Of a stretch of DNA of 64,000 bases, positions 38,161-48,180 are shown piece by piece. The notes under the pieces are model-generated. The model was not told where the DNA came from. It made no database searches and was given only the letters and a program-made list of their open reading frames with translations. The number at the start of each line of letters is the position of its first letter. The first letter of the stretch is position 1. The stretch lies in IMG/VR virus record IMGVR_UViG_3300033074_000747; one strand, 5' to 3'. The DNA comes from an uncultured virus (IMG/VR IMGVR_UViG_3300033074_000747). Taxonomy: Duplodnaviria; Heunggongvirae; Uroviricota; Caudoviricetes. A program made the translations under genes and the position numbers.

Positions 38161-38368
38161 CGTTACCTCCAAGGTCTGTTGATCGGATTCCCTCATATTT
38201 GCCCAGCTCAGACAACTCCTCTTTGGTATATGGAGCGAGAGGGGCGACCTCGACAATCTGAAATTGCTTGCCGCACCAACCGCATAGGATATCACGGGTT
38301 CCTAGCCCGAATAAACCCCATACCTTGTTGACTTGCTGGCAGTGAGGGCACGTCTGATGTTGATCCAT
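38144..38368 (-). CDS. Small Zn-ribbon protein
   Basis: CPHC...CGWC. Confidence 0.5.
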   Translation of the reverse strand: MDQHQTCPHCQQVNKVWGLFGLGTRDILCGWCGKQFQIVEVAPLAPYTKEELSELGKYEGIRSTDLGGNDANAS

Positions 38369-38844
38369 TACTCCTCCGATACGTCAAGAGGATGTGAGTT
38401 GATGGGGACTTGCCGGGACTGTTGTCGTAGCCTCTCATCCATAAACTGATCCAACGAGCGACGAAGCGACTCTGCCTCAGCCTGTCGGTCACGACCATTC
38501 TCGACCGCCCTCTCTTCGCTGTACTTGTCGGGATACCTTACCCGCAGCTTCTGAATATTAGCCTCCATCGCCATCTCCAGCGTGATCCCCGCCGCGTCGC
38601 AGAGCTGGCTGAGCCGCCATAGACAATCACCCACCTCCTCCAGCAGGTTAGGCACATCCAACTCACGGCCGTATTCGATATGACGCATCACGGCCGTGCA
38701 GACCTCGCCCGCGTCCGCTGCCAGGCCCCTCGCCGCGTTATCCAGTCGCATTGCCTGCGGCCCCAGTAGCGTGAGACGAGCCAGGATGGGTTCCTGATTC
38801 GCTTCCGTTCGCCTCGCCAGTTGTTGGTATTCGTTGACGTTCAC
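38368..38844 (-). CDS. MazG-like nucleotide pyrophosphohydrolase
   Basis: NEYQQLA...GEV...EEVGDCLW...NIQKLRVRYP. Confidence 0.8.
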   Translation of the reverse strand: MNVNEYQQLARRTEANQEPILARLTLLGPQAMRLDNAARGLAADAGEVCTAVMRHIEYGRELDVPNLLEEVGDCLWRLSQLCDAAGITLEMAMEANIQKLRVRYPDKYSEERAVENGRDRQAEAESLRRSLDQFMDERLRQQSRQVPINSHPLDVSEE

Positions 38845-39079
38845 CAGACTTCTCCTTCTCTTGTTTAGCCTTCTCCAACTCGATCAACTTGCCCAGGAAG
38901 TGATACGCCTTCTCCAGGTCTTGTATCCCGTTCTTGTCCTGATATCGCTCTACATACTTGGTGATGCAGCCGATAAAGTAGCCAGGGCCGAACAACCTCC
39001 ATTGACGGTCCCAATGTTGCTCTCCCTCGATCTTCCGGTAGTGGTTGCCCCCCACTTGCACGTCGTTAAATGAAGTCAT
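38738..39079 (-). CDS. DUF3310 protein (putative nucleotide kinase)
   Basis: QVGGNHY...GCITKYVERY..KNGIQDLEKA. Confidence 0.75.
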   Translation of the reverse strand: MTSFNDVQVGGNHYRKIEGEQHWDRQWRLFGPGYFIGCITKYVERYQDKNGIQDLEKAYHFLGKLIELEKAKQEKEKSGERQRIPTTGEANGSESGTHPGSSHATGAAGNATG

Positions 39080-40330
39080 CTATTCTACCCTGCCTTTCTC
39101 GGCCGACTGAGCCTTTCGCTTTTCGATCCGTCGCTGTAACCAAGCCACGCAGGCGATCCGCCAGTCGTCGGCCCCGATCACCTCAGCCATCTGCATCGCC
39201 CCGTCCAGGTTCCCATTCTTGTACGAATGCCAGGCCAGACACATTGGCTGCGCGGTGTTCGCCAGGAACGGCTCTGAATATCCCATCATCGAGGACGATC
39301 CCCGGTGGCGCTCGACGAACATGCCGACCTCCTCGTCAAAGGCCGCCGGGTCCATCACCAGGTCTCGGAGCCGGAGCATGCTGCCCCACAATTTGACCTG
39401 CTCGGAGAACGGAACCCTGCTGAGATCGGCGTCCGTGTAGAAGTCGGGCATCGGGTCCGCAAGCCACTCCTCCGGCTTCCAGTTGTTCGTGTAGACGTGA
39501 GCGTTGGACGACACCTGGTGGTACTCGCCGACGTCAAGGTCGAGCCGTGCCGCGAGATACTCCTGGAGGATAGAGAAGTGAACCGCGTTGGCCCCGAGCG
39601 TTCCCCAGATCAGGTCGTTGCTCCGGTTGAACACCGTCATGTTGAGGTATCGCGGTTGTTCATGGGGATACCCTTTACAAACGCTGCACACGGCCTGATC
39701 TCCTTGCACCCCCTCGTAAACTACTCCCCCTTTCCCACCGCACTCAGGGCACGTTCCCGTTTCCACCTCGAACACGGCGGAGAGATTGCAGCAGACGTCC
39801 TTGGACCCTTCAGAATCTGGGTTGATGATCTTCCCGATCTTCAACAGGTCATCCTCCACGTTCCACATCGAGAGAACGGCGCGGCGGGAGTGCGGGTCGG
39901 CCTTGAGGTGGTTAACGATGACGTTGAGCTGATCTGTAGATTGCCATTCTCGCATCTCTCCGATCGCCGTGTTGAACGTAGTAAGTTGACCACCGGCGTG
40001 CCTCCACCGATACCCGTAAGCTCCGTTGAACGTCTGCCCGTCGTCGCTGTAGCTGCTGATTCGGGAGTTGTAGTAGGCCAGCGGTGCCACGTCGTTCCGG
40101 CCCGCCAACATCCAAAGGGCCTCGTACAGGTGGAAGAACGGATTAGCGTCGCGAGCCGCGTTGAAGAGCACGCGCTCGCGCGGGTGAGTGTAGGTGATCG
40201 TGAACGGCCGAGGTATCCGCAGGACTTCTCCATTGCGGCTGGCTGATGTCTCGGTGGAGATCTTCCCGGTGTGAATTCCCTCGACAATCTCCCGGAAGGC
40301 GGTGTTGACATTCCGTGTGATCAAGTGCAT
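39080..40330 (-). CDS. Thymidylate-synthase-family enzyme, probably dUMP hydroxymethyltransferase
   Basis: RDANPFFHLYEALW, GAYGYRWR, SRRAVLSMW, KDVCCN, NRSNDLIWG..GAN and NAHVY. Confidence 0.8.
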   Translation of the reverse strand: MHLITRNVNTAFREIVEGIHTGKISTETSASRNGEVLRIPRPFTITYTHPRERVLFNAARDANPFFHLYEALWMLAGRNDVAPLAYYNSRISSYSDDGQTFNGAYGYRWRHAGGQLTTFNTAIGEMREWQSTDQLNVIVNHLKADPHSRRAVLSMWNVEDDLLKIGKIINPDSEGSKDVCCNLSAVFEVETGTCPECGGKGGVVYEGVQGDQAVCSVCKGYPHEQPRYLNMTVFNRSNDLIWGTLGANAVHFSILQEYLAARLDLDVGEYHQVSSNAHVYTNNWKPEEWLADPMPDFYTDADLSRVPFSEQVKLWGSMLRLRDLVMDPAAFDEEVGMFVERHRGSSSMMGYSEPFLANTAQPMCLAWHSYKNGNLDGAMQMAEVIGADDWRIACVAWLQRRIEKRKAQSAEKGRVE

Positions 40331-40971
40331 GGCTGGGTTCTCCGGATTAGATAGGGGTTGGTGCTGTCGTTTCGTTCAAGTAGGTCGTTGAGCGATTGGG
40401 TGACGCAGCCTATTGGATCAGCCCGGTGCTCGTGGAGCTGATTGTGGATGCGCGGGAACACGATGGCGTGACCCCCGGCCTCCCGGAACCGTTGGCAGTT
40501 GATGTCACTATCGTCGATCAGGATTGACTCCGGATTGGCGAACAGGTGCTTGTGAGGCGTGGGAATCAATCGGTCGAACCGGTCACCAAATCGCCGCTTA
40601 CCCCATTTTACCTTGCCCGAATAGCCAGAGGCGCACCAGCCTGGTGAGGTAAGGATGTACCATTCGAGGCCGCGATCCTTCGCCAGGTCGAACAGATTGG
40701 GAGCCCACGGGAGATCGGGTAGGCCAGCCCAAAATTCCTCATCGCCGTTGATCCGGCTCCAGAAGTGGTTATCGGTCAGGCCCTCCTCCGGGTTGATCCA
40801 ATCGGGTAGCATACCCCTCGATATAAGGTAGTCGCTCAACGGTTTAACGCAGCTCCATACCCCCGGTTGCCAGTGGGGTTCGATCAAGCCAGGGGAGCTA
40901 ACCCCCCATAAACGACAGGCACCACCGACGAAATCGACCAAAACGTCGTCCAGGTCCAAAAATAATTTCAT
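40321..40971 (-). CDS. HAD-family 5'(3')-deoxyribonucleotidase
   Basis: LDLDDVLVDF, ILTSP and LIDD. Confidence 0.8.
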   Translation of the reverse strand: MKLFLDLDDVLVDFVGGACRLWGVSSPGLIEPHWQPGVWSCVKPLSDYLISRGMLPDWINPEEGLTDNHFWSRINGDEEFWAGLPDLPWAPNLFDLAKDRGLEWYILTSPGWCASGYSGKVKWGKRRFGDRFDRLIPTPHKHLFANPESILIDDSDINCQRFREAGGHAIVFPRIHNQLHEHRADPIGCVTQSLNDLLERNDSTNPYLIRRTQPCT

Positions 40972-41156
40972 GTCTAAACCCTTGATATCCATAAAGTTAT
41001 GGCTGGATCCAAAAATTTTTCGATAAAATTGTTGATTTGGTGGCCCATATCGGGTCCGGCTTGCGTATAATATAGTAGGCAGGCAAAACAAGGGACTAAC
41101 AAAGTAGCCCACCCAATCAGGGCTCTCCCAAACAAGCGCCAGCCAGGAGCACTACC

Positions 41157-41564
41157 ATGACCGAGAACAACACCAACACGACCGTGACTGACAACGCCGA
41201 AGAGACCAAGGTTGTCAAAACCCCCAAGGCCAAAAAGGCAGCCCCCAAGGCCAAGTCAGTCAAAACCCCCAAGGTCACAACTCCCAAGGCATCCAAGCCA
41301 GCTGCCAAGGTTGCAACCCCCAAGGCAGCCAAGGCCAATGGCCGCCTCCGCTATGATGACGCTCGTGCCAAGGTCCTGTCGGTCCTGGCCAGCGGCCCAG
41401 CCACCAAAATCTCTCTGTTCCGGATGGGCTTCTACCAGGACTGTACCAAGCTCTTCCGCGACCTCGAGTCCGACGGGCTCATCAAGGCCCGCAAGCCGGA
41501 AGAGGGCGAGCGGGTAGTCTTGTGGGAGCTCACCGCCAAGGGCCGCAAGGCAGCTGGTAAGTAA
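41157..41564 (+). CDS. Histone-H1-like Lys/Ala/Pro-rich protein with a C-terminal winged helix
   Basis: AGGAG RBS, repeated (V)xTPK.AxK, C-terminal LESDGLI...WELTAKG; TATAAT at 41066. Confidence 0.7.
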   Translation: MTENNTNTTVTDNAEETKVVKTPKAKKAAPKAKSVKTPKVTTPKASKPAAKVATPKAAKANGRLRYDDARAKVLSVLASGPATKISLFRMGFYQDCTKLFRDLESDGLIKARKPEEGERVVLWELTAKGRKAAGK

Positions 41565-41584
41565 CCTACCCTAACACCAATCCC

Positions 41585-41618
41585 AACCCCAGCAGTCATT
41601 CTGCTGGGGTTTCTTTTT
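41585..41618 (+). terminator. Intrinsic terminator
   Basis: AACCCCAGCAG-tcatt-CTGCTGGGGTT hairpin followed by TCTTTTT. Confidence 0.75.
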
Positions 41619-42669
41619 GATCAATTTTTTGCACTCTCAGAGTCCCCAGGTCGTAAAGTGGTGGCAAACAAGGGGTATTACCCCCTATTTCCCAACCACG
41701 CAGCACAGGGACCGTGAGAGACTCTCCCGCAATAGCCGCATTAATGGCCTGGGTGGTGGTCCGGTCTGGTGCTGGCATGGTTTTCTTGCCATACTTGTCT
41801 GGCAACAACCCCACGCGCGGCGACAGGGCATCACACCACTGGCAAGGTACGAACTCACGGCTGCCCGCATACAGCACTCTGCGGGCAGCTTCAAATCCCG
41901 GGGCGTGCCACAACCCATCCAGGGTTTCATAGTCGAGTAGGTTGCCAATTTTATAGATACCACGAAAGTCATTGCAGCATAAGGCCACATTGCCATCCCA
42001 CCGAATAGCCAGTTCTCTGAATGGCTTGGCGCATCGCTTGTGAAGCGCCGGGTTCACCTCATGTGGCTTGCCACCACCTCCACAATGAGTATTCACCCTG
42101 TCATAGGGCTTGGTGAGGTGGGAGACGTCTGACTTGACAATCACCCCCGGTGGCTTTCGGTTCCCCTGTGACCAGAATTTCACCTGCTCATCAGAACCAT
42201 CATATCGGTAGATTGGTACATCACCTGAGTAGCCTGCCAGTGCCTTTTGCACAAAGTCGCATCCGTCATACTCATCAAGGCAGATCCAGTCAACCCCAGA
42301 CCTGACCAGCCGGTCTATAAGATCTGGCTTCTTCGAGAATCCTGTACCATTACTCACCACCGAGAGCGATCTTAAGCCGACCCTCGCCAAGGCCGCTACC
42401 ATATCCACAATCTGAGGATGCATGGTAGGTTCACCGTGCATCGCCAATTCAATACGTGGGTTCCAACGATGGTTCTTGATAGCGTGTGCCAGGCGAACGC
42501 ACAGACCATCCATCGTTTCACAGGTCATATATTTGTACCCACCCCGTGTCTCTCTGATCCCCTGAACGCCACAGAACTGGCAATTGAGTGAACATCCTTC
42601 AACCAGTTCGATCTGTATGGCATTAGGAGGATCCTGAGGCGTGATCGATAGTTTTGGGACCGGCGGCAT
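41596..42669 (-). CDS. Radical SAM protein with a SPASM/Twitch domain
   Basis: CSLNCQFC, HGEPTMHP and CAKPF...CCND...CQWC. Confidence 0.85.
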   Translation of the reverse strand: MPPVPKLSITPQDPPNAIQIELVEGCSLNCQFCGVQGIRETRGGYKYMTCETMDGLCVRLAHAIKNHRWNPRIELAMHGEPTMHPQIVDMVAALARVGLRSLSVVSNGTGFSKKPDLIDRLVRSGVDWICLDEYDGCDFVQKALAGYSGDVPIYRYDGSDEQVKFWSQGNRKPPGVIVKSDVSHLTKPYDRVNTHCGGGGKPHEVNPALHKRCAKPFRELAIRWDGNVALCCNDFRGIYKIGNLLDYETLDGLWHAPGFEAARRVLYAGSREFVPCQWCDALSPRVGLLPDKYGKKTMPAPDRTTTQAINAAIAGESLTVPVLRGWEIGGNTPCLPPLYDLGTLRVQKIDQKETPAE

Positions 42670-42681
42670 TGGAACTCCTCA

Positions 42682-43722
42682 CTATTGGTTTTGATTAAAC
42701 GTATTGATGTACTGCTCAGCAATTTTCCGAGCATCATGATTCACCATGATGTTATAGGATTTACGGACCATACTTCGTATTTCAGATTCACTTCGTTCGG
42801 TCTCGAGGCAGTCGATAAGCTCATCTGAACTGCCTACCGCGAGACAGTTTACATCAGGCTTCCAAATCCCATCTGGTGTAACCCAGGCCCGATTCAGAAT
42901 CAAGCAACATCCCGCGTCCATTGCTTCGAGAAGAGTATACTGGGTGCCGCCACCATCACCCTTGATTTCTGTCAAGTCTACAAGATAGGTCGCCTGTGAT
43001 GCGATCTCCTGTGCGGTCCCCATTTCCTTACCGAAGGTCATCTTCAGGTGGTCAGGTAATTCTGAATCCTGTTTGAATTCCGGATATTTACGTGACCCGT
43101 CTGCTCGTGGTCTTATAAAAGCATTGAAGGTGAAGAATCGATCATCGTATCCTCGAAGCCAGATTTGTGATTTGGCTTTTAACCTACGATTCGCTTCGAC
43201 TATCCACTTCGTTCTCTTGATCGCGCCAAGCCTTGATAATGTGACTGCCAGTTTGAGCCGAGGGTAGGTGAATGTGAATCCATCCAAATGCCGTACGAAC
43301 GGATGTGGAATGAACGTGGCATTGGGACATATTCTAGTGTTGTTCTTTCTGATAATGATGATCCGGCGACTGTCAGTCCACTCTGTCGATGAGAAGTTTC
43401 CCAGGTCATTGGGATCATGAATCGTGATGAATGCACCTTGACCTAACAAGTACCGGGTCGGTCCTTCATACTCTTTACCAATGCAGGCAGCAACCAGCGT
43501 ATGTCCAGAGAGCTGGGCGATGTATTCTACCGGCGCATTACGTTGCTCACATCCATATCCAAAGTCTTTGATGTTACCGAGCTTTTTTCCCACCCGGTAA
43601 ATCATTGGATTGTATCCTGCCAGTTTCAGTCCATGATAAAGATGTGCCGTGTAGGTGATAGTTCCCCCATACTTATTCGGATTCAGTAAAACCAGGTTCA
43701 CGTCGATTGACTGTTCACTCAT
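42682..43722 (-). CDS. GT-B-fold glycosyltransferase
   Basis: YGGTITYTAHL, SRLGAIK and GGTQYTLLEAMDAG. Confidence 0.7.
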   Translation of the reverse strand: MSEQSIDVNLVLLNPNKYGGTITYTAHLYHGLKLAGYNPMIYRVGKKLGNIKDFGYGCEQRNAPVEYIAQLSGHTLVAACIGKEYEGPTRYLLGQGAFITIHDPNDLGNFSSTEWTDSRRIIIIRKNNTRICPNATFIPHPFVRHLDGFTFTYPRLKLAVTLSRLGAIKRTKWIVEANRRLKAKSQIWLRGYDDRFFTFNAFIRPRADGSRKYPEFKQDSELPDHLKMTFGKEMGTAQEIASQATYLVDLTEIKGDGGGTQYTLLEAMDAGCCLILNRAWVTPDGIWKPDVNCLAVGSSDELIDCLETERSESEIRSMVRKSYNIMVNHDARKIAEQYINTFNQNQ

Positions 43723-44552
43723 ACTGTTGCCCCACTTTTCTGTGATGCCGACCATGCCTTCCACCAGTACACGATCACATCGGCACGCTCTTTGAAGTCT
43801 CTCCATGCCGGACTCGTATCCTTTGATACCTTGGTGACCACCTTGACGAAGTCTGGAAATGCAGCCGCCAGTCCTTCAGCTCCTCGCCGTTGCACTTCTG
43901 CGGTTCTATAAATGCTACATCCACCAGAGCTCCCACTCCCCTCCTGGTTCCACACATAGTCATGAATGACGAGATTCGGATGACCAGTGCTGAGTAGACT
44001 AAGGGTGAAATGGAAGTCCTCCATGACTGGGAGACTATCCCAACGAACACCCGTTGCCAGTACCTTTTCACGGTCGAAGAAGTGGAAGTCGTTCACTCGT
44101 TCGCAGTCAACAAACAGGTGGCCCCACTTGATCCAACCCTTGGCACGCGGGCCGCTATTATCCTTCCGATTGTTCCCCTGCCGAGCACCTACACCACCGT
44201 GAATATACCCCTCGCTGACACACTTCTCAATACACTCGATCATTGGATCAAGGTTTTCACACTTCTCCAGTTTTGTCACGGCTGGATCTGGTCGGTAGCT
44301 AAATCGCATATCATCGCTGGCTACAATGACAATATCGGCACTGCTGTTCTCCATAATCCATTGTCGAGTTGGCCCTATCCCATTCAAAGGGCATCCCATC
44401 ACTTTGAGCCAGTATTTCTTATGTAAAGCCACCTCGTCCGCAGGGCACACCAGGATCGGCTCATGCGATGAGTATTCAAGAAACTCCCGCAAGGTGACCT
44501 GTCTGTTGACACCGATCCGACCACGAGTTGGGATGTAGATGCGAGTACTCAT
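43719..44552 (-). CDS. GT-A glycosyltransferase of the TET/JBP-associated (TAGT/GREB1-like) type
   Basis: IYIPTRGR, IGPTRQWI, SDDM, MEDFHFTL and GGCSIYRT. Confidence 0.75.
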   Translation of the reverse strand: MSTRIYIPTRGRIGVNRQVTLREFLEYSSHEPILVCPADEVALHKKYWLKVMGCPLNGIGPTRQWIMENSSADIVIVASDDMRFSYRPDPAVTKLEKCENLDPMIECIEKCVSEGYIHGGVGARQGNNRKDNSGPRAKGWIKWGHLFVDCERVNDFHFFDREKVLATGVRWDSLPVMEDFHFTLSLLSTGHPNLVIHDYVWNQEGSGSSGGCSIYRTAEVQRRGAEGLAAAFPDFVKVVTKVSKDTSPAWRDFKERADVIVYWWKAWSASQKSGATV

Positions 44553-45469
44553 GTGCCATTATACCTCCGCTTTGATCGACCCTCGCCAAGTCGCAACCGT
44601 TCATATTTATCGAACTCACAAAGACTATGCTCAACCTCACGCATTTCAAATCTCGGCATATCCTTCAACCTTGATCTAAGGACTTCGAGAAGAATTCGAG
44701 TCTGTACACCCCAGGTATCACTCGAAATAGTTGCCTCGAGAGGAGTTCCCATGAGCCTGTTCATTCCCCGCTTGGCACCAGGGCCGATATTACACCATGA
44801 ATCGACATCACTAGCATTTTCAAGCAAGCTCGTATACCGTAGGTCACACACGATCTCATAGGACATGAACCCACCAAGGCCCCTAAATTTTCGAAGGGCC
44901 GCCCACAGTGCCTGAAGTCTACAATCTTCTCGGCAGACCTTCACCAGGTCTTTCCTGGCCTCCCAAATTTTGGTAATGCAACCACACACTGATGGGATTT
45001 TACTCCCTCTGGGGCCGTTACCAGCCTTGACCATGAACGCGCCCGTAAACACGGGGTTATTCCCGTTATCCCACAGGTGGTTTAGCCTTGCAACAGCCTC
45101 CTCCTCATCCCACTTGAGGAGCAGGTTTGATTTCCCCCAGGATCGATCCCATGACGTGACCTCATCACTCCTTAAGTGACCCATCAATATGAGCCCGGTG
45201 GTTGGCAAATTGAACCATCGAAATGCCACCGTAGCAAACAGCACGCGCGGATCGTCCTTCAGTGGATCACGTACATTCTCGCGAAACCAGACTGACACCT
45301 TGTCATTTTCACGATAAGGGTTCGTAAAGAAATATCGCTGGAGGATTTCATCATCGGTCCAGGGTTTATCGCGGCCCGCCTGCCTCCGCTTGTAGATCTC
45401 GTGTCGTTCCTTCACCCAGTATAGAAACCTCTCTGTCGGATTCAGCTGTCCTACCTGGTCTGGGTTCAT
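44549..45469 (-). CDS. aGPT-Pplase1-family (5-hmdU DNA kinase helical domain) base-modification protein
   Basis: FLYWVKERHEI...PWTDDEIL..YFFTNPYREND, GGFMSYEIVCD, GPGAKRG and EHSLCEFDKY. Confidence 0.8.
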   Translation of the reverse strand: MNPDQVGQLNPTERFLYWVKERHEIYKRRQAGRDKPWTDDEILQRYFFTNPYRENDKVSVWFRENVRDPLKDDPRVLFATVAFRWFNLPTTGLILMGHLRSDEVTSWDRSWGKSNLLLKWDEEEAVARLNHLWDNGNNPVFTGAFMVKAGNGPRGSKIPSVCGCITKIWEARKDLVKVCREDCRLQALWAALRKFRGLGGFMSYEIVCDLRYTSLLENASDVDSWCNIGPGAKRGMNRLMGTPLEATISSDTWGVQTRILLEVLRSRLKDMPRFEMREVEHSLCEFDKYERLRLGEGRSKRRYNGT

Positions 45470-47949
45470 ATCGATTCTCCTTCACCCCAGTTGTGAGTAT
45501 GGTACTCGCAGCTCACCGGTGTCGGCAAGCCCAGATCATCGCCGCCCAACGACATTACGGATTGGATCTTGCGAATGCGCCACAGGTTGCTTCTCCGCAT
45601 CAGCTTCACCCCGTCCGGCCGCGAGGGGTCTAGGTCTTCTCTCGGATGAATACGACTCTTGGGAAAGTCGAACACCAGCTCGTCATGAACCTGCATCACG
45701 ATCCGGCCGTCGAACCCCGACGAGGCCCGCCAGCTGTCAAGTAGATTCTGACATCGGATCATCGCCTTCATCATCCACCACATGGCGGTTCCCTGGGAGA
45801 AGTAGTTAAGAGGGATGGTGGGCTTGACGTCTCCTCGATCTGACCGTGAGCACATCAGCGGATAACCACGAGCCGGGTCTACGGTCTTGTCCGGCATCGT
45901 CTCGATGTATCCGTGCTTGTTGGCGAATCGGATGCACTTCTGGTTGAGCTGCTCCAGTCGGTTGAAGCGCTCTCGGAGTCGGGCGTGGCTGCCATTGCGG
46001 TGGAATGCCCTGTCTGCCGTGCCGCCTCCCTCCGCGCGGTCCACTGCCCCATAGAGCACCGCGAACCCCCCATTCTTACACCACTGATACCAGGTGTCCG
46101 CGTATTTCTTCTTGACGTAGGGACCGACCAGGCTCAGGTCAATCTTCTTGCCCTTGTGCTTGCCTTCCCATTCCCATACCCCCTCCTTCAACGACTTGTC
46201 CCAGATGTCTGGATAGACGGTGTGGAAATTCAGCAGGTGGTTGCTGCCGTAGTAGGGTGGTTCGTCCGGCCGCTCGAACAGGCCGATCATCTCGACCTCC
46301 TCGGCGGCATAGGCGGGGATGCGCAGCTCGATGTTTCGAGCGTCACAGCTCCACCACTCACGGTCCGGAGCGGGGCCGAAGCAGTATCGCAGTGACCGGA
46401 GCTGAAGGCCCGACCCCTTGCACTCTTTGCATCCCTCGCCGCGACACGTTGGGCACTCGATCTCTTGCTTGGAGATGTTCTGTTCATTTGGATTGTTGCT
46501 GCTCCACCGCAACGTGTCCGTCCCCGTCGGATTCAGGTTGGGGTGGAGGCAGTACCACAACTGGCGACCCGTATCGTCAAAGATCCCCAGTGGTATCCAG
46601 AATTTGCGATACCCGGCCATGTACGCCAGGGCGGTGTCCTTCTTCCTCTTACCCGTCAGGGACCGCACGAAGTCCAACCCAGGCCCCTCCGGCAGTGAGC
46701 TGAGGTAATGTTCCATCACGGCCTTGTTGAGCGTCGGGGCCGACGTCTTCCCCTTGGGGTTGCGCATCTGAGGTAGCTTCAGCCCCTCGAACATAAACTG
46801 GCGGAGGCTGTTGTTCGGGCTGGCCCCCTTCGGTAGTTCCAGCTCATAGCCCATGTCGGCGGCCGTCTGGACGCAGCACTCCCCAGCCTCGATGCTCTCC
46901 TGCCGGTAGCGGGCCTCTAACTCATCCAGGTTGGCCGCGCTCACCGTCACCCCCGTCTCCTCCATCCGGTAGGCCACGGGGATCACCTTCATCCGTTCGC
47001 GGAAGATCGCCTCCAGGTTCCTCTGCTTGATGTGACGCAGCATTACCGGCCACAAGCTCACGGTCACCGCGCTGTCAGCGTTGGCATAGTCGCGTAGCAC
47101 AGTCCACCAGGGGTGATCGCCCTCCATGATCTCCGGAGGTCGGTATTGCCAGCCCGGTAGTTCAGACACACGGTCGATCTTCAAGAGCCTACCGAAGTCA
47201 ACCCCGCGAGGTTGCTTCTGCGGTAGGTTCATCCAGGCCAATCTCGCGTCGCTCGTCTCCCACAGGTGCTTCACCAGGGCACGGGGCAGCCACGTGTCGT
47301 ACTTCCACGGTTCGGCCCCAGCACTGGGGATGTCGGGCAGGTCATCGGAGGCGATCCGCCACTGGGCCAGCGGATTGTCGTCCTCGAACAGCGCTCCCTC
47401 GGTTCCCTTCGCGGCCGCCCTCTTTACCTTGAGTTTGGCCTGCTGGACCATGCGCCGGGCCTCCTTAGTCGCCTCCTTCAGCTTCTCCTCGTGCGGCTCG
47501 ATGTCGGTCCCAAGGTAGTGCAAGGCCATGTCGGTCAGGTTGTGGGGCTGGTTCGACGCTAGGAGGTGACCGGCGATGAGCGTGTCCTTCACCGCCTTCC
47601 AGCACTCGTAGACATCGAAGCCCTGATCCCACAGGCCGATGAACCGCAGTGCCGTGAAGTCAAACTTGGCATTCTGGAGTATCAGCCCGCCGCTGTCCTG
47701 CTCGTAGTCGCCGATCGGCCCTGATGGTCCGCTGGCGAATAGCAACTCGGCGATCTCGCGCACGTCCTCGTCCGGTATCTGCGGTTGTCGGGTCAGTGGG
47801 TCGACGTCCCATTCAAAGTAGTACTGCTCCCCTTCCCCCGTACACATGGTGACGAAGAACGGCCGAGCGCCGTGATAGAAGTCTACACCAGTAGTCTCAG
47901 TGTCGAGCGATATCACTTGATCCTCCCGTTCATCAGGCATGGTTGACAC
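45466..47949 (-). CDS. polA: Family A DNA polymerase
   Basis: DTET exonuclease I motif, TDTLRWSSNNPNEQNI, motif A DARNIELR, motif B KNGGFAVLYG and motif C QVHDEL. Confidence 0.9.
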   Translation of the reverse strand: MSTMPDEREDQVISLDTETTGVDFYHGARPFFVTMCTGEGEQYYFEWDVDPLTRQPQIPDEDVREIAELLFASGPSGPIGDYEQDSGGLILQNAKFDFTALRFIGLWDQGFDVYECWKAVKDTLIAGHLLASNQPHNLTDMALHYLGTDIEPHEEKLKEATKEARRMVQQAKLKVKRAAAKGTEGALFEDDNPLAQWRIASDDLPDIPSAGAEPWKYDTWLPRALVKHLWETSDARLAWMNLPQKQPRGVDFGRLLKIDRVSELPGWQYRPPEIMEGDHPWWTVLRDYANADSAVTVSLWPVMLRHIKQRNLEAIFRERMKVIPVAYRMEETGVTVSAANLDELEARYRQESIEAGECCVQTAADMGYELELPKGASPNNSLRQFMFEGLKLPQMRNPKGKTSAPTLNKAVMEHYLSSLPEGPGLDFVRSLTGKRKKDTALAYMAGYRKFWIPLGIFDDTGRQLWYCLHPNLNPTGTDTLRWSSNNPNEQNISKQEIECPTCRGEGCKECKGSGLQLRSLRYCFGPAPDREWWSCDARNIELRIPAYAAEEVEMIGLFERPDEPPYYGSNHLLNFHTVYPDIWDKSLKEGVWEWEGKHKGKKIDLSLVGPYVKKKYADTWYQWCKNGGFAVLYGAVDRAEGGGTADRAFHRNGSHARLRERFNRLEQLNQKCIRFANKHGYIETMPDKTVDPARGYPLMCSRSDRGDVKPTIPLNYFSQGTAMWWMMKAMIRCQNLLDSWRASSGFDGRIVMQVHDELVFDFPKSRIHPREDLDPSRPDGVKLMRRSNLWRIRKIQSVMSLGGDDLGLPTPVSCEYHTHNWGEGESI

Positions 47950-48180
47950 GTTCGGCCTCGGCTGTCCTCTCCGGTCCCCTCGCAGGCGGGGCAGGACATC
48001 TTCTTCTCCTGGATCTTCCGCAGCAGGGCGACGGTCTTGGGGTGCAACTTCTTGGCCATCTTCTGGCCTACGTCCCGTTTGGGGATCGGTGGCATGGAAC
48101 CTCCTGGATGTAGATGGGCCGGTGCGCCGCCGTCAAGTCGGCGAGGTGGGAGCAAACGATCACCATTCTGCGCACCGGCT

